A stretch of 64,000 nt of DNA from an uncultured delta proteobacterium (lineage in GTDB: Bacteria; Desulfobacterota; Desulfobacteria; Desulfobacterales; B30-G6), in the NCBI GenBank assembly GCA_963823335.1, contig CAWGLD010000001.1, forward strand, positions 1,944,100-2,008,099, in the 5' to 3' direction. The notes under the pieces were generated by a model, which saw only the letters and a program-made list of their open reading frames with translations, searched no databases and had not been told where the DNA came from. Positions 1 to 11,666 of the stretch are shown here, piece after piece (the first letter of the stretch is position 1; each line of letters starts with the position of its first letter). The position numbers and the translations under genes were made by a program.

Positions 1-27
1 GGCTCAATTACTTGCCGGGGCAGGCTT

Positions 28-78
28 ATCAAGTCCGGCATGACGGATTTTGGCTGTTTCGTCGCCGAGTTAATAAGA
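28..78. repeat. REP-like palindromic repeat, partial copy (ATCAAGTCCGGCATGAC family)
   Basis: Matches 19347-19397 at 44 of 51 nt; overlaps the stop codon of the 70..1512 gene. Confidence 0.75.
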
Positions 79-1512
79 TCGCCTGAGATACCGACCGTAC
101 TGTGCCAGATAGGCGATGACCTTGGCACCAACTTCCGGGCTGCGGTAGGTGTATATCCCCAGGTCCGCTAGCCTGCCAATGGGTTTGGATTTCCGGCGAT
201 CGTTGACGGCCGTCACGATGACCGGCTTGCCGTAGCGGGCGATTCGATCGAAAAGCCCTTCCACCATTTTCAGCTCGCCTTCCACCATTGCCTTATGGTA
301 TTTTTTCACGTTCTCGGCGGCTTCGAACGGCAATCCAGCGGGCAGACGCGGCACATACCCGATGCAGCTGATAACCAGCACGGCATCGATACCGTCGGTT
401 TTCATCATATTTCCGATGCAGGCATAGGAACTGTGCACGGTTCCGGCCATGTCGACGGGGTTTGCATGAGACCAGCGGGATGGAAGGATGCGATCCAGCC
501 TCGCTATGGTTTCATCAGACAAGGGCGGTACTTTCAAGCCCAATTCGCGACAGGCATCGGCTGCCACCACGCCGAAACCACCACCCACCGTAACAATCCC
601 CACCCGGTTGTTTTTCGGGATGGGTTGCCCGATCAACGCCGAGGCGGTATCCACCATGTCATCGACGGTATTTACCCGGATGACGCCTGACTGTTTAAAA
701 ACCGCATCGTGGATTCTGTCCGAGCCGCTGAGGGAAGCTGTGTGAGACATGGCAGCGCGCGCACCTTCCGGACTGCGGCCGGCCTTCAATACGATGATGG
801 GTTTTTTGCGCGTTACCTGTTTGGCCAAATCGAGAAACCGGCGTCCATCTTTCAGCCCTTCGATGTAGGCACAGATTATTTTCGTTTCCGCATCTTCGGC
901 CAGATACTCGATATAATCCTCGATGGTCAGGTCGGCTTCATTACCGCTGCTGACATATTTGCTGAACCCGAACCCTTTATCAGTGCCCTGCCGGATTATA
1001 TATCCTCCAAAGTTTCCGCTATGAGAGACGATTCCCACGGGACCGGGCTTGATATCCTCTTCTCCCGTTGTGAACAGACCGGATGATGTATTGAAGTGCC
1101 CGTTGCAATTAGGGCCGACGACCCTGATTCCCCCGCTTCTTGCGACCCTGACAATCTCCGCTTCGTGTTCGGCACCCGCGCTGCCGGTTTCCTTGAAACC
1201 GGCGGTAATGATCAGGACGGACTTTACATTTTTGGTGACACAGTCCTGAATGGCCGCCGCCGTGTGGGCCGGTGGAATGACGATGACCGCGAAATCGACA
1301 TCCCCGGGTACTTCCGTTAAACGGGCATAGGCAGGCCTTCCAAGTATCTCCTTTTCCTTGGGGTTGATGGGGTAAACCTTGAACGGGGTCTTTTTTCTGA
1401 CCATGCGGCTCATGACACCGAAGCCCCATTTGTCGGGGTTGTTACTGGCGCCGATTACCGCAACCGAGCGTGGTGAAAAAAGATAGTCGATATTTTTGAG
1501 TGATGGATGCAC
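70..1512 (-). CDS. Acyl/acetate-CoA ligase (ADP-forming) alpha-type subunit, CoA-binding protein
   Basis: PRSVAVIGAS CoA-binding N-terminus, GPNCNG, SSGNEAD, phospho-His motif SHTASL, NPVDM; GTG start. Confidence 0.9.
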   Translation of the reverse strand: MHPSLKNIDYLFSPRSVAVIGASNNPDKWGFGVMSRMVRKKTPFKVYPINPKEKEILGRPAYARLTEVPGDVDFAVIVIPPAHTAAAIQDCVTKNVKSVLIITAGFKETGSAGAEHEAEIVRVARSGGIRVVGPNCNGHFNTSSGLFTTGEEDIKPGPVGIVSHSGNFGGYIIRQGTDKGFGFSKYVSSGNEADLTIEDYIEYLAEDAETKIICAYIEGLKDGRRFLDLAKQVTRKKPIIVLKAGRSPEGARAAMSHTASLSGSDRIHDAVFKQSGVIRVNTVDDMVDTASALIGQPIPKNNRVGIVTVGGGFGVVAADACRELGLKVPPLSDETIARLDRILPSRWSHANPVDMAGTVHSSYACIGNMMKTDGIDAVLVISCIGYVPRLPAGLPFEAAENVKKYHKAMVEGELKMVEGLFDRIARYGKPVIVTAVNDRRKSKPIGRLADLGIYTYRSPEVGAKVIAYLAQYGRYLRRSY

Positions 1513-1552
1513 TGTGTCAAACTTTTTTAAAACGTCTTCATTATATTAAAGA

Positions 1553-1627
1553 TTGAAGAACCTCGCAGCATGCGAAGCACTGCCGAACGGCAGAACCTAC
1601 GGGGAATGCGCTCGCTGTTGCGGTTCA
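1553..1627 (+). repeat. 75-bp modular palindromic element, copy 1 (TTGAAGAACCTCGCAGC...CTACGGGGAATGCGCTCGCTGTTGCGGTTCA)
   Basis: Exact reverse complement of 21421-21495; near-identical to 28122-28196. Confidence 0.95.
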
Positions 1628-1777
1628 AATGATCTAACGATATAGGTGATCAAAAGTTGATGTATCGCTTTGTTCTATCGTTTATACAGCAGATAGAATT
1701 CCGTAACAAGGCACTTAACGGTCATGGCAAAACTTTCTACCAGGGGGCAAGCGGCAAGGGCCATACGGGACGGGTAT

Positions 1778-3056
1778 TTACGTTAAAAATCCCGGTTTCT
1801 GATAGTCCGGGTCAGGGTAACGGTAGAATCCTTTTCCGGATTTCAGACCCAGTTCGCCTTTCTGGATATATGAATCCAGAAAATCTGTGGCTAATTTTGT
1901 GGTTTCAGCTACCGTCCCGGGATTTCCCATCATGGCCTCGATTTGTTCAGCCCGTTCTTCCAGTTCCTTTTTGACAATATCCAGGCCGATGACGTCCATG
2001 GTTCCAAAAGGACCGCATTGCGGGTTGTGGGTCAGCATCCATGATTTGTCCACGTCCTGCGGGTCCGCAAAACCTTCGGCGACAAGAACCAGGGCAGTAG
2101 AGAGAACTGAGCTGACCATGGGGCCGCTAAGCGATTTATCCTCTTCTGCATTTGCCAAAAACGCGGGCTTTTGAAAATCCGGCTCGGGATATTCATAAAA
2201 TCCTGTGCCGGTTTTGATGCCCAGATTCCCCCTGTCGATGTATGGCTGCAGAAAACTGTGGATAGCCGCTACGATCGCGGGGCTGCTGGGGGCTTTCTCT
2301 CGATTGAGACTTTCCGCCAGGACGTCCATCACCAGGTTTAACCCCACACCGTCCAGCATGCCAAAGGGGCCGATGGTATCGTTCTGGTTCAGCATCCAGG
2401 ATCGATCGATTTCCTTGAAGTCAACGCCCACAATCGCTGCCTAGCACCTGGGCGGTTCCCAGGAGTCCGCCAAACATGGTGTTGTGAAGATATCCTTCAC
2501 GCTCTTTTTTGAGCACGACACACACTTGCCCCTGGCTTTTAACGAATCGCTGGACGATGTCCATGGTTTCGGGTGATGTTCGGGGTCCGGCCACGATATC
2601 GACCAGGGGCCTCGTTTGGTGAAAATGCATGGCCGCAAATCTGTCTCCCCGTCTCACCGCACTCTCTATCTTGGAAGGCAGCAGGGTCGAGGTATTGGTG
2701 GTCATGATGGCGTGCGGGGCAAGCAATTGGTCGAACTGCCGGTGGGTCTGGCGCTTTAACGCCAGTCTCTCGAACACGGACTCACTGAGAAGATCGGCAT
2801 CCCGCGCCGCTTCCTTCGGATTGGTTGTCCGGGTAATGCGGGCCGATGCGTCTTTGATGACCTTGTGATCGGCCACACCCAGTTCCACCAGAGCCTGGCC
2901 CCAGTTCAACTGTCTTTCCGGTACCATATCGAGTGCCTGCTCCGAAATATCATAGAGGGTCGCCTGGTATCCGGCCACAGCGGTGATCAGGGAATTGTAA
3001 CACCCCATGGTGCCGGCACCCACGAAGCACACCTTTTTGATTTCAGTAATTGGCAT
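1778..3056 (-). CDS. 3-hydroxyacyl-CoA dehydrogenase with duplicated C-terminal domain (frameshift near 2435)
   Basis: VGAGTMG Rossmann motif, ESVFE, NTSTL, AMHF; two GPFGxxDxxGL...LGxKxGxGFY repeats; split over ORFs 2421..3056 and 1778..2431. Confidence 0.85.
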
Positions 3057-3172
3057 TGTCTTCCTTCAATGATAATCTTTCTTTGTGTTTCGTTGTGTGC
3101 TTATGGACATGACACGCTATTCGAATTCGATATGACAAATTTTATCAAATGATTGCAGGATAATCAAAGTGT

Positions 3173-3196
3173 TTGGCGTTTCAGATCTTGCTTTTT
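3173..3196 (-). promoter_or_regulatory. Putative AraC-family operator (AAAAAGCAAGATCTGAAACGCCAA on minus strand)
   Basis: 22/24 identical to 7108-7131; upstream of the 3-hydroxyacyl-CoA dehydrogenase. Confidence 0.6.
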
Positions 3197-3313
3197 ATTC
3201 AGGTTTTTAAGAAGGCAGCAGGCTTTCGTGTTCAGGAATACTGGCAAGAATTATGAATTCATGCTAATACATCACGGTATGAATTAAATTCATGAACTGA
3301 GGAGGAATAATCG

Positions 3314-4315
3314 ATGACAGACATGAGCTTGTACCGACAGCTGGCGGCGGATATCGGTTTCCCCGAGTCAAAAATGATGCCTGAAATGTTTGCATTTGTT
3401 GCCGATGAAGACGAGGCAAAGTTAATGCTGGCCGCCTCGCCGCCGGCTACTGTTGAGGAAATATCAGATAAAACCGGTTTTCCCGTCGATACAGTTAAAT
3501 CGATGATAGAGGCATTGTTTAACAAGGGATTGATCTTTAAATCCAAGAAACCGGATGCAACCCGTTACTACAAAGTGCGGCATTATATGCAGTTTCACGA
3601 TGCCACCGTCCTCACGCCGGGCATAGACAAGGCCTACCTGGAGCTCTGGAAAAAATTTGAAGCCACCGAGCTGCGGACTTTTCAGGAAATGGCCAAGAAT
3701 AACGACTTCCCCCAGGGGATGCGGGTGGTGCCGGTGAACGTGACCATCGAAGCACAGAACCAGGTCATGGCTTTCGAAGATGTGAAAAACATGGTGGAGG
3801 AAGCCCATGCCATAGCGGTTACCAATTGTTCCTGCAGGACCATTCACGGAATTACGGATGTACCCATGGAAGTTTGCATGCAGCTCAACAAGGCCGCTGA
3901 TTACGCCCTGGAACGGGGTACCGGGCGGGCGCTGACCAAGCCTGAAGCTATCGAGATGCTCAAAATGTGTGAGGAGGAGGGTCTGGTACACTGTGTTGAA
4001 AATAAACATGGTCTGGGGCATGTCATCTGCAACTGTGACAATGTGGGCTGCAGCAACTGGGGACACGACCGGGTCTATGTCAAGAAATTTACGGCGCCCA
4101 GCCGCTTTAAAGCCCGGGTCGCGCCTGAGCTGTGTACCTCCTGCGAGACGTGTGTGGACCGCTGCTTTTTCGATGCCGTAACCATGGAAGGGCCGGACGA
4201 TACCGCCCTCATCGACGCCGCCAAGTGCATGGGTTGCGGCATTTGCGTGCCGACCTGTCCCGGAGAGGCTATCGCATACGAAGAAATCAGGCAGAAGACG
4301 TTTATACCCCAATAA
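3314..4315 (+). CDS. 4Fe-4S dicluster protein with N-terminal winged-helix-like region
   Basis: CSCR...C, CNCDNVGC, C-terminal CTSCETCVDRC and CMGCGICVPTCP ferredoxin motifs; GAGGAGG RBS. Confidence 0.85.
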   Translation: MTDMSLYRQLAADIGFPESKMMPEMFAFVADEDEAKLMLAASPPATVEEISDKTGFPVDTVKSMIEALFNKGLIFKSKKPDATRYYKVRHYMQFHDATVLTPGIDKAYLELWKKFEATELRTFQEMAKNNDFPQGMRVVPVNVTIEAQNQVMAFEDVKNMVEEAHAIAVTNCSCRTIHGITDVPMEVCMQLNKAADYALERGTGRALTKPEAIEMLKMCEEEGLVHCVENKHGLGHVICNCDNVGCSNWGHDRVYVKKFTAPSRFKARVAPELCTSCETCVDRCFFDAVTMEGPDDTALIDAAKCMGCGICVPTCPGEAIAYEEIRQKTFIPQ

Positions 4316-4419
4316 AATCGCCATACGATTTTATGAAACGCTACGTTGGCGTTTCTTTCAGCAGCTTACAGGTGCTTCTAAACTGTGATGGGACAATGCG
4401 TCAACCCTTGGACAACATC

Positions 4420-5375
4420 ATGAACAATGAATATGTGTCTCGTTTGAATCGAACCATTGATTATATTTACAGCCATAGTCATGAGGAGTTGAACCTGGCG
4501 AAACTGTCCGAAGTTGCCTGTTTTTTCAAAATATCATTTCCATCGCATATTCCGCGCCATTCTGGGTGAAACCGTCAACGAGTTCGTGCAGAGAATTCGG
4601 CTGGAAAGGTCCATGGGTCAGTTGATGCTGTACAAATATAAATCCATCACCGAGATTGCACTGGATACCGGTTTTTCAAGTTCCCAGAACTTTGCCCGAT
4701 CCTTTAAAGCGCAATATGGCATTACACCCTCCCAGGCAAGAGCCGATTATTACTGGGACAGCTATCTGAAGAAAATGCAGAAAATAAAGGGCCCTGATAT
4801 CGATGTCTTGCAGTCTGATGAGATGGGTCCGGTGGACCATTACATCCTGCAGCTCAAACAGTCCCTTGAAAAGAGATTGACTGCCTCACCCGAGATGCAT
4901 GTGACCATAAAAAAACTTCCGTCCTATCGCGTGGCTTACATCAGAACCTGGGGTCTTACAGTGTCGAAGCCGGCAGTGCCGCTTTGCAAAATTACGGCAG
5001 TGGGCGAATTCCAAGGGATATCTCAATGACGATGCGATTGTCATGGGGGTTGCGGGTAACAGCCCCTATTTTACACCGCCGGAAAAACTGATTTTCGATG
5101 CCTGTATTACGGTGCCAGAGGCCACACCGGCAGATCGATGTGTCAATATTCAATCGCTCCAGGGGGGCGATTTTGCGGTTCTCCATTGTGATATTGACAT
5201 TCATCGCCTGGAAGAAGAGTGGCTGCGTTTTCTGCTTAACTGGCTGGTCAAAAGCGATTACCAACCGGATGATCGCCCTTCCTACAGCATTTATTATAGT
5301 ACACCGGAAGAGCCGTTGGTTGCAAAACGGGTTCTTGTTGATCTTTGTCTGCCCGTTACGTCTTTGATGCGATGA
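4420..5375 (+). CDS. AraC-family regulator with C-terminal GyrI-like effector domain (frameshifts near 4525 and 4955)
   Basis: LNRTIDYI...LAKLSEVAC, FSKYHFHRIF, SITEIALDTGFSSSQNFARSFK; C-terminal IFDACITVP/GGDFAV/WLVKSDYQPDDRP. Confidence 0.85.
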
Positions 5376-5426
5376 AAGCAAGCGTTGAAACACCAATAGC
5401 AAAGATATGGATATTAAATCGTATTA
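5376..5426 (+). promoter_or_regulatory. Putative AraC operator/promoter block upstream of the ABC binding-protein gene
   Basis: AAGCAAGcgTTGAAACaCCAATAGCAAaGAT...AATCGTATTA, repeated at 7111-7170; AGCAA half-sites 21 bp apart. Confidence 0.65.
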
Positions 5427-5488
5427 GGTAATAAATAAGATCATAAATCACCTTTGTACCAACACCAGACCACAAGGAGGGAAGGGGC

Positions 5489-7087
5489 ATGAGAAGACAG
5501 ATTTCAATGATAGCAATGATAGCAATATGTGTCGTATGCCTCGCAGGAGCCATTGCTTTGGCCGGTCCCAAGGATGTCGTCAAAATCGGCCTGCAGTACG
5601 ACCCCGGTACTTTGAACATGTTTCAGATGAAAACGGGCATCGAAATACCGGCGATTTTGCCCATGTATCAGTTGTTGATGGTCACCGACCCATTTACCGG
5701 GGAACGCACCTTTGAATCTTCCTTGACAGAATCGGCCGAGGTTCTGGAAAACGGCAAGGATGTCAAGTTTAAAATAGTCAGGGGCAACACCTTCCACACC
5801 GGAGATCCGGTGACGGCCCACGATGTCAAGTTTACCTACGAACAATGCGCCAACCCGTCCAACGCCAATCTGATGGCCGGACCGCTGGACGAGATCGAGG
5901 ACATCGAAATCATAGATGACTACACTTTTATTTTCCGCTTTTACGAACCCTATGCTGCCTGGCAAGAACTGCTGTGGATCGGGATCTGTTCCCAGAAATA
6001 CTACGAAAAAGTGGGTCCGGAAGAATTCGGCAAACGTCCGTGGGCAGCGGTCCCTTTAAATTTGTGGAACGCAAAATCGGCGAGTTCATCACCCTGAAAG
6101 CCGACCCGAACTATCGTTGGACATTACAGGTGCCCTACACCGACCCGAATACCGGGGAGAAAAAGACAAAAGCCGTGGAAGAAAAGGTCGATTTCGGCAC
6201 GCTGATGTTTATTACGGTGCCCGACGATGTCACGCGTATGGCCATGCTGGAAACCGGTGAACTGGATCTGATAACAGACATCCTTCCCCAGCATGTGAAG
6301 AGGCTCAAACGGAACAAAAACGTTGTCATCAAGAGAGACACCACCCAGCCGAGTTTGTATGCGTTGTTTTCCAAGGCGGATAATTATCCCAATATTCAAG
6401 GATGGTAAATTTGCATTGTCCTTTACCTACGCAATTAACCGGCAGGAGCTCGTTGACAGAATATTTCTAGGAGAAGGCTACCCCCTGTACATGTTCGCCA
6501 GCAAATCCGAGTTGGGATACGACACCGAACGTTGTATACGAATTCGATCCGGACAGGGCCCGACAGTTGGTCCAGGAATCCAGTTACAAGCCCGGCATCC
6601 CCCATCATTTTGACCTATACCAGCGCGGTTCCCAATGCCGACCGGTGGCGGCGACCATTCGAAATATATGAAGGACGTGGGGGTCACGATCAAACTGCAG
6701 AAGCTGGAAGCCGGTACGCAGGCCACCTATTCCAGAAACAGGGATCCAAGAGAGGGGCACATGACACTGGGTATGCCTGGGCCGGCGGACGAGACCGAGC
6801 ACACGGCTGTTGCTGACGATGCCGTCCAACAGCATTTATAATGCCTGGAAGACGCGCAAAGCCCAGAAACAGATCGATGAGCTGACATGTGCCAGGCAAA
6901 GGAAACCGACAAGGAAAAACGCCTGGCCCTTTTGAATGAGCTGCACGCCTTGCTGAGAGAGGAACCCTCGGCCCCGGTGCTGTTCGGCTTGAACGAGATC
7001 TATGCCATGCAGGACAGGATTGACTACGACTGGCTGCCAGGGGACTCGTTTGTGTTGAATGTGAATCGGATAAAAATTGTCAAGTGA
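5489..7087 (+). CDS. ABC transporter substrate-binding protein, family 5 (peptide/nickel type), multiply frameshifted
   Basis: Signal peptide; FHTGDPVTAHDVKFTY, VGSGPFKFVE, RMAMLETGELD, YAINRQEL; no partner permease nearby. Confidence 0.8.
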
Positions 7088-7107
7088 GGGTATTTCCGGC
7101 TGACCAT

Positions 7108-7170
7108 AAAAAGCAAGAATTGAAACGCCAATAGCAAGGATGGAAAAGACATTGTATTCCAATCGTATTA
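7108..7170 (+). promoter_or_regulatory. Putative AraC operator/promoter block upstream of the hydrolase gene
   Basis: Second copy of the 5376-5426 motif. Confidence 0.65.
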
Positions 7171-7226
7171 ACATGTCTTCTTACCAAATTAGCTAACTTC
7201 TATAGCAATGAATACAGGAGGGATCT

Positions 7227-8100
7227 GTGGCCTGGTTAGAGTATGGACATGTGAAGATCTATTATGAAGACGTGGGTGAAGGCGAACCGATTATCACCAG
7301 TCACGGTCTGATGGAGGACTGCGGGTATTGGAGCGAGACCGGGATGACTACCAGACTGGCCGAAGGCTATCGAGTGATTTCCATGGATATGCGGGGCCAC
7401 GGGCGCACCGTGGTCGACGGTGAGCCTTACGGCTTCGATGTTGGGACCATAGCCAATGATTTCAGCGTTCTGGCGGATGCCCTCGGTCTGGACCGCTTCC
7501 ACATACTACTCACGCCACCGGCGGCATGGCTGCCGTGCGGTATGCCATGACCACCTCGGAGCGATTCGTCAGCCTGATGCTGACCGACACTAGTTCGGCC
7601 ACGGCTGGGGAGTTTCCCGGTGTTAGGATACGGATGAGATGCGCAAGGGTCATCAAATGGTGGCCGAGCCCGTAAAGCCGCCACGGTTGAGGAGTGGATG
7701 ACCCTGGCCATGCCGATCCCGGCCCGTTTCTTTTCAAGATGGCCAAACATCCCGACCGTGAGCGCATGTGGACACTGTGTGGGGTTTCCGCGCACGATGC
7801 GGTGGCCATCAGAACTTCATGATGAGTTTTTATACCGATCCCAGCCCCATGGTGGAGGGCCTCCGGCAGATCCAGTCCCCGACCCTGGTACTGCTCGGTG
7901 AATTCGACATCGTATCCCTAGGGCCCAGCAACGTATTCACGCGCGAAATCCCGGGTGCCCGACACGTCATTCTGGATGGCATCGGCCACATGACGGCTAT
8001 CGAGGATGCGGCGAGGACGGGTTCGAGGGATCTCGGTTTTCGTGGACGGTTAGCCAATGAGCCATGTGCAGCAAACCGTCGGCTCGCAGATAAAAGCTTA
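7227..8100 (+). pseudogene. Alpha/beta hydrolase, heavily frameshifted (end approximate; may be sequencing error)
   Basis: IYYEDVGEGEPIITSHG, VISMDMRGHGRT, PTLVLLGEFD, GIGHM. Confidence 0.75.
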
Positions 8101-8192
8101 CTGCGGAATGCTACAGCTATACCTAAAAAGATACGCCATCTGGCATTCCGGGACAGGTATCACCTGGAACTCCTCAGGAAAGAGGTACTGTT

Positions 8193-9030
8193 ATGACGGC
8201 CCACCCCGCTTTCACAAAGTCGAGAGCGACGGACCAGTGGTCATCTGGAAGTCGACAATCCTCCCCGGAATTTGGCCACCATCGATACATGACTGAGCTG
8301 GTCTCGCTGGTGGAAGCATTCAATCAGGCGCCCAACTACACGTCGGGATATTAACCAGTGCTATCCCCGGTATGTTTATTCAGCATTTGGATGTGTCGGT
8401 GATTTGGTGTGGGCCGATCCATTCGCGGGACCTTCCAGAAGAGATCGTGGGAGGGTTGCGACCCTCCCCCGCCGCGGGTATTGGAGATCATACCTCCAAA
8501 CCGGTTTCTGTTCTATTAACGGGCCCGTGGAGGGCGGGGGCTGTGAAATGGCCGGGGTGTGACTTCGGGTTTATTTCCAGGGATGCCTTTATGGGACAGT
8601 CGGAGGTGGATGGCGGTATTATACCCGGTGACGGGGGCACCCAGCGCCTGGCCAGGCTGGTCGGTGCCGGGCCATGGAGCTGTGCATGACCGGCCGCAGG
8701 GTGAGCCCCGAAGAAACTAAACGGCTCGGTCTGGTGACGGCTGTGTGTGAGCCCAAGGCACTCCATGCCCACGGTGATGGCTTTCGCCCATGATCTTGCG
8801 GCCAAACCGACGCTTGCCATGGCAAACCTGAAGAAAGCCATTTATCAAGGCAGCAGTATACCCCTGCCCGACGGTCTTGTGCTGGAAAGGAGTTGTGTTT
8901 GAATCCCTGCACAGTGACGACGCCATCCATATCATGCGTCTGTATGTGGCTGCCGGGCAGGACCCTGAAAGATGCTCGCTCTGGTGGGGGGGTGGGCCCG
9001 GATGCTGAAAAATGGCGGGGCTGGTGGTAA
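8193..9030 (+). pseudogene. Enoyl-CoA hydratase/isomerase family, heavily frameshifted (end approximate; may be sequencing error)
   Basis: Fragments GQSEVDGGIIPGDGGTQRLARLVGAG and LAAKPTLAMANLKKAIYQG in different frames. Confidence 0.7.
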
Positions 9031-9054
9031 GGGCCCAGAGTGAGGAGATCAACC

Positions 9055-10659
9055 ATGACCGACGAGCCCCAGTTGGTTTTCTAGCGGACCTAATCGAGCA
9101 CAACGCCGGAGTGTTGGGCGATAAACCCTACATTATCTACGATGAGGAGATAATCAGTTTTGCGGAGTATTATGAATGGACCTGCCGGGCTGCCAACGGT
9201 CTGGCCGCTCAGGGAGCCATGGCTGGGGACGGCGTGGCGATTCTGATGGGCAACTGCCCGGAGTACCTTTATCTCTTTTACGGGCTGGGCATGGGTGGCT
9301 ATTACAGCGTTCCGGTAAATGTTTCCCTGAGAGGTGACGGCCTGCAATTTATCCTGACCCACTCGGATGTAAAATACCTGGTGGTGGACGACACCCTCTA
9401 CCCCAAGGTGGTGGAACTTGAATAACCCCTGGGTTCGATCAAAAAAATATTTGTCCGCCGTACTACCGATCATGCCCTGCCAGGGGACCATCGATCTCCA
9501 GGAACTGCTGAACGCCTCTTCTGAAAAACCGGATCATACCATAGAGGATGGTGCCATGGCTTACCTGATGTACACCTCGGGGACGACGGGTTTTCCCAAG
9601 GGGGTCGTCAACCGCAACCGGGCAGGCATGGTGGAATTTTTTCGGATGTGGACGTCCATGATCATCAACAAGGAGGAAGATACCCTCTATACGGCCCTGC
9701 CGTTGTTTCATGCCAACGCCCTGATTTTGACCGCCGGTTGGGCCATGGCCGGTGAAGTTTCCTTTGGGTTGGACAAAAGTTTTCGGCATCCAGATTCTGG
9801 GACCGTATCCGGCATTACGGCGCCACCCAGTTCAATGCCATCGGCGCCATGATCCCCATATTGATGAAACAGCCGGAACGGCCCGACGATGGCGATAATC
9901 CCGTTAGAATCGTGACACTCGGCCGCCTGTCCGGCCAACCTGTGGGAGGCCTTCGAAAAACGGTTCAATGTCAAGCTCTGGGAAGGTTACGGCGCGGTGG
10001 ATGGCGGCGGGGTCATCATTTCAAACTCCGGAGATGCGCCGGTGGGTTCGGTGGGCAAACTCGCACCGCATGTGGTGTGGAAACTGGTGGATGATGACGG
10101 CAACGAGGTAGCCCGGGGGGAGCCCGGCGAGCTGATCACCCAGGTCCTGGACAAAAAGACCGGCGGGGTGGAGTATTACAAAAACCCCGAAGCCACCTCG
10201 GACAAGATAAAAGGTGAGTGGCTGCACAGTGGCGATCTGTTTTATGCGGACAAGGAGGGCAACCTTTTTTTTGTGGACCGCAAGTCGGATTCCATGCGCC
10301 GGCGGGGGGAAAACATCTCTTCGTGGGAAGTTGAAAATGTGCTGGAAAAACACCCGGCCGTGGCCATATGTGCAGCGTTTGGTGTGCCCTCCGAACTGGG
10401 TGAAGACGAGGTCATGATCTGGGTCAAACCCGTGGAAGGCATGGAAACGGATCTCGAGGAGCTGATGCGCTTTTGCGGGGACAACATGGCGCATTTCATG
10501 GTTCCCCGTTATGTGGACGTGGTGGATGACATCCCGCGCACCGGTACCTTGAGGGTTCAGAAAGCCGAGATGAAAAAGCGCGGCGTGACCGACCGAACCT
10601 GGGATCGGGAAAAGGAGATGACGGGCTGGGTAAAACGGATCCAAGGGGTAGCGGATTGA
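9055..10659 (+). CDS. AMP-binding acyl-CoA ligase (CaiC-like), multiply frameshifted
   Basis: YLMYTSGTTGFPKGV, LPLFHANA, WLHSGDL, FVDRKSDSMRRRGENISS. Confidence 0.85.
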
Positions 10660-10762
10660 AGGGTTCGAACCATAGTGTTTATTGGTTTCGTTGGGTTGGT
10701 GGAACGGGTTAGCGTTGACGATTTTAATCCGAGTGCCATGAACAACACAATGAACCCAATGA
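10660..10762. repeat. Inverted 9-mer repeat element (GGGTTyrTT / AACmCAATG)
   Basis: Shares TTGGGTTGrTGrAACGG and CAACACAATrAACCCAA with 36420-36512. Confidence 0.6.
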
Positions 10763-10775
10763 TGGGAAAAAACAT

Positions 10776-11587
10776 ATGCAAGAACTGAAAGGCAGCGTGG
10801 CAGCAGTTACGGGAGCGGCCTCGGGTATCGGCCGCAGTCTGGCAATTCATCTGGCCCGGGAAGGTTGCGGTCTGGCCCTGGCGGACATCGATCAGGAGGG
10901 CCTGAAACAGACGGTCGAAATGATCGAGAACAGCGGGAACAAAATCACCACTCATGTTGTGAATGTCGCCGATCGCGGGCAGGTGTACCAGTTTGCGGAG
11001 GATTGTCGATCAGCCGGCATGGTAAAGCGAATATGATCATCAACAATGCCGGGGTGGCCGTGTCCGAGACTCTGGAGGATCTTACCTATGAGGATTTCGA
11101 GTGGCTCATGGGAATCAACCTGTGGGGCGTGATTTACGGTTCCAAGGCCTTTCTGCCCTATTTGAAGCGTCAGCCCGAAGGTCACATCGTTAATATTTCG
11201 AGTGTGAATGGGCTTTTTACGTGGCGAAACAACGGACCCTATTGCACCAGCAAATTTGCGGTCAGGGGCTTTACCCTGACCCTGTGCCAGGAGTTGAAGG
11301 ACACAAATGTTCGGGTTTCCTGTGTGCACCCCGGCGGGATAAAAACCAACATCGCCCGCAATACCCGTTTTTTCAAGGGATCTGATCCCGATTTGAGCCA
11401 CGATGAAGCGGTTGCGTATTTTGATACAAAAATGGCCAGAACGAGTGCCGAAAAAGCGGCGCAGATCATCATCAAGGGTATCAAAAAAAATAAGTCCCGT
11501 ATTCTAGTGGGTTTTGATGCCCACATCATCGATATTCTGCAGCGCCTGTTTCCGGTCATGTTTCAAAGATTGGCGGGCTTGCTTTAG
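10776..11587 (+). CDS. SDR family oxidoreductase (frameshift near 11010)
   Basis: TGAASGIG, INNAG, NISS, YCTSKF (YxxxK), HPGGIKT. Confidence 0.9.
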
Positions 11588-11666
11588 GGTTTTGGATGAT
11601 AGGGGCGCGGGCAATTGCCTGGAACTAAATAGATGAGGAATGGAGAAAGACGTAAGGAGGATAGAA

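Noticed and set aside
3314-4315. HgcB mercury-methylation ferredoxin
   Set aside because: Too long, lacks the terminal CC and has no hgcA neighbour
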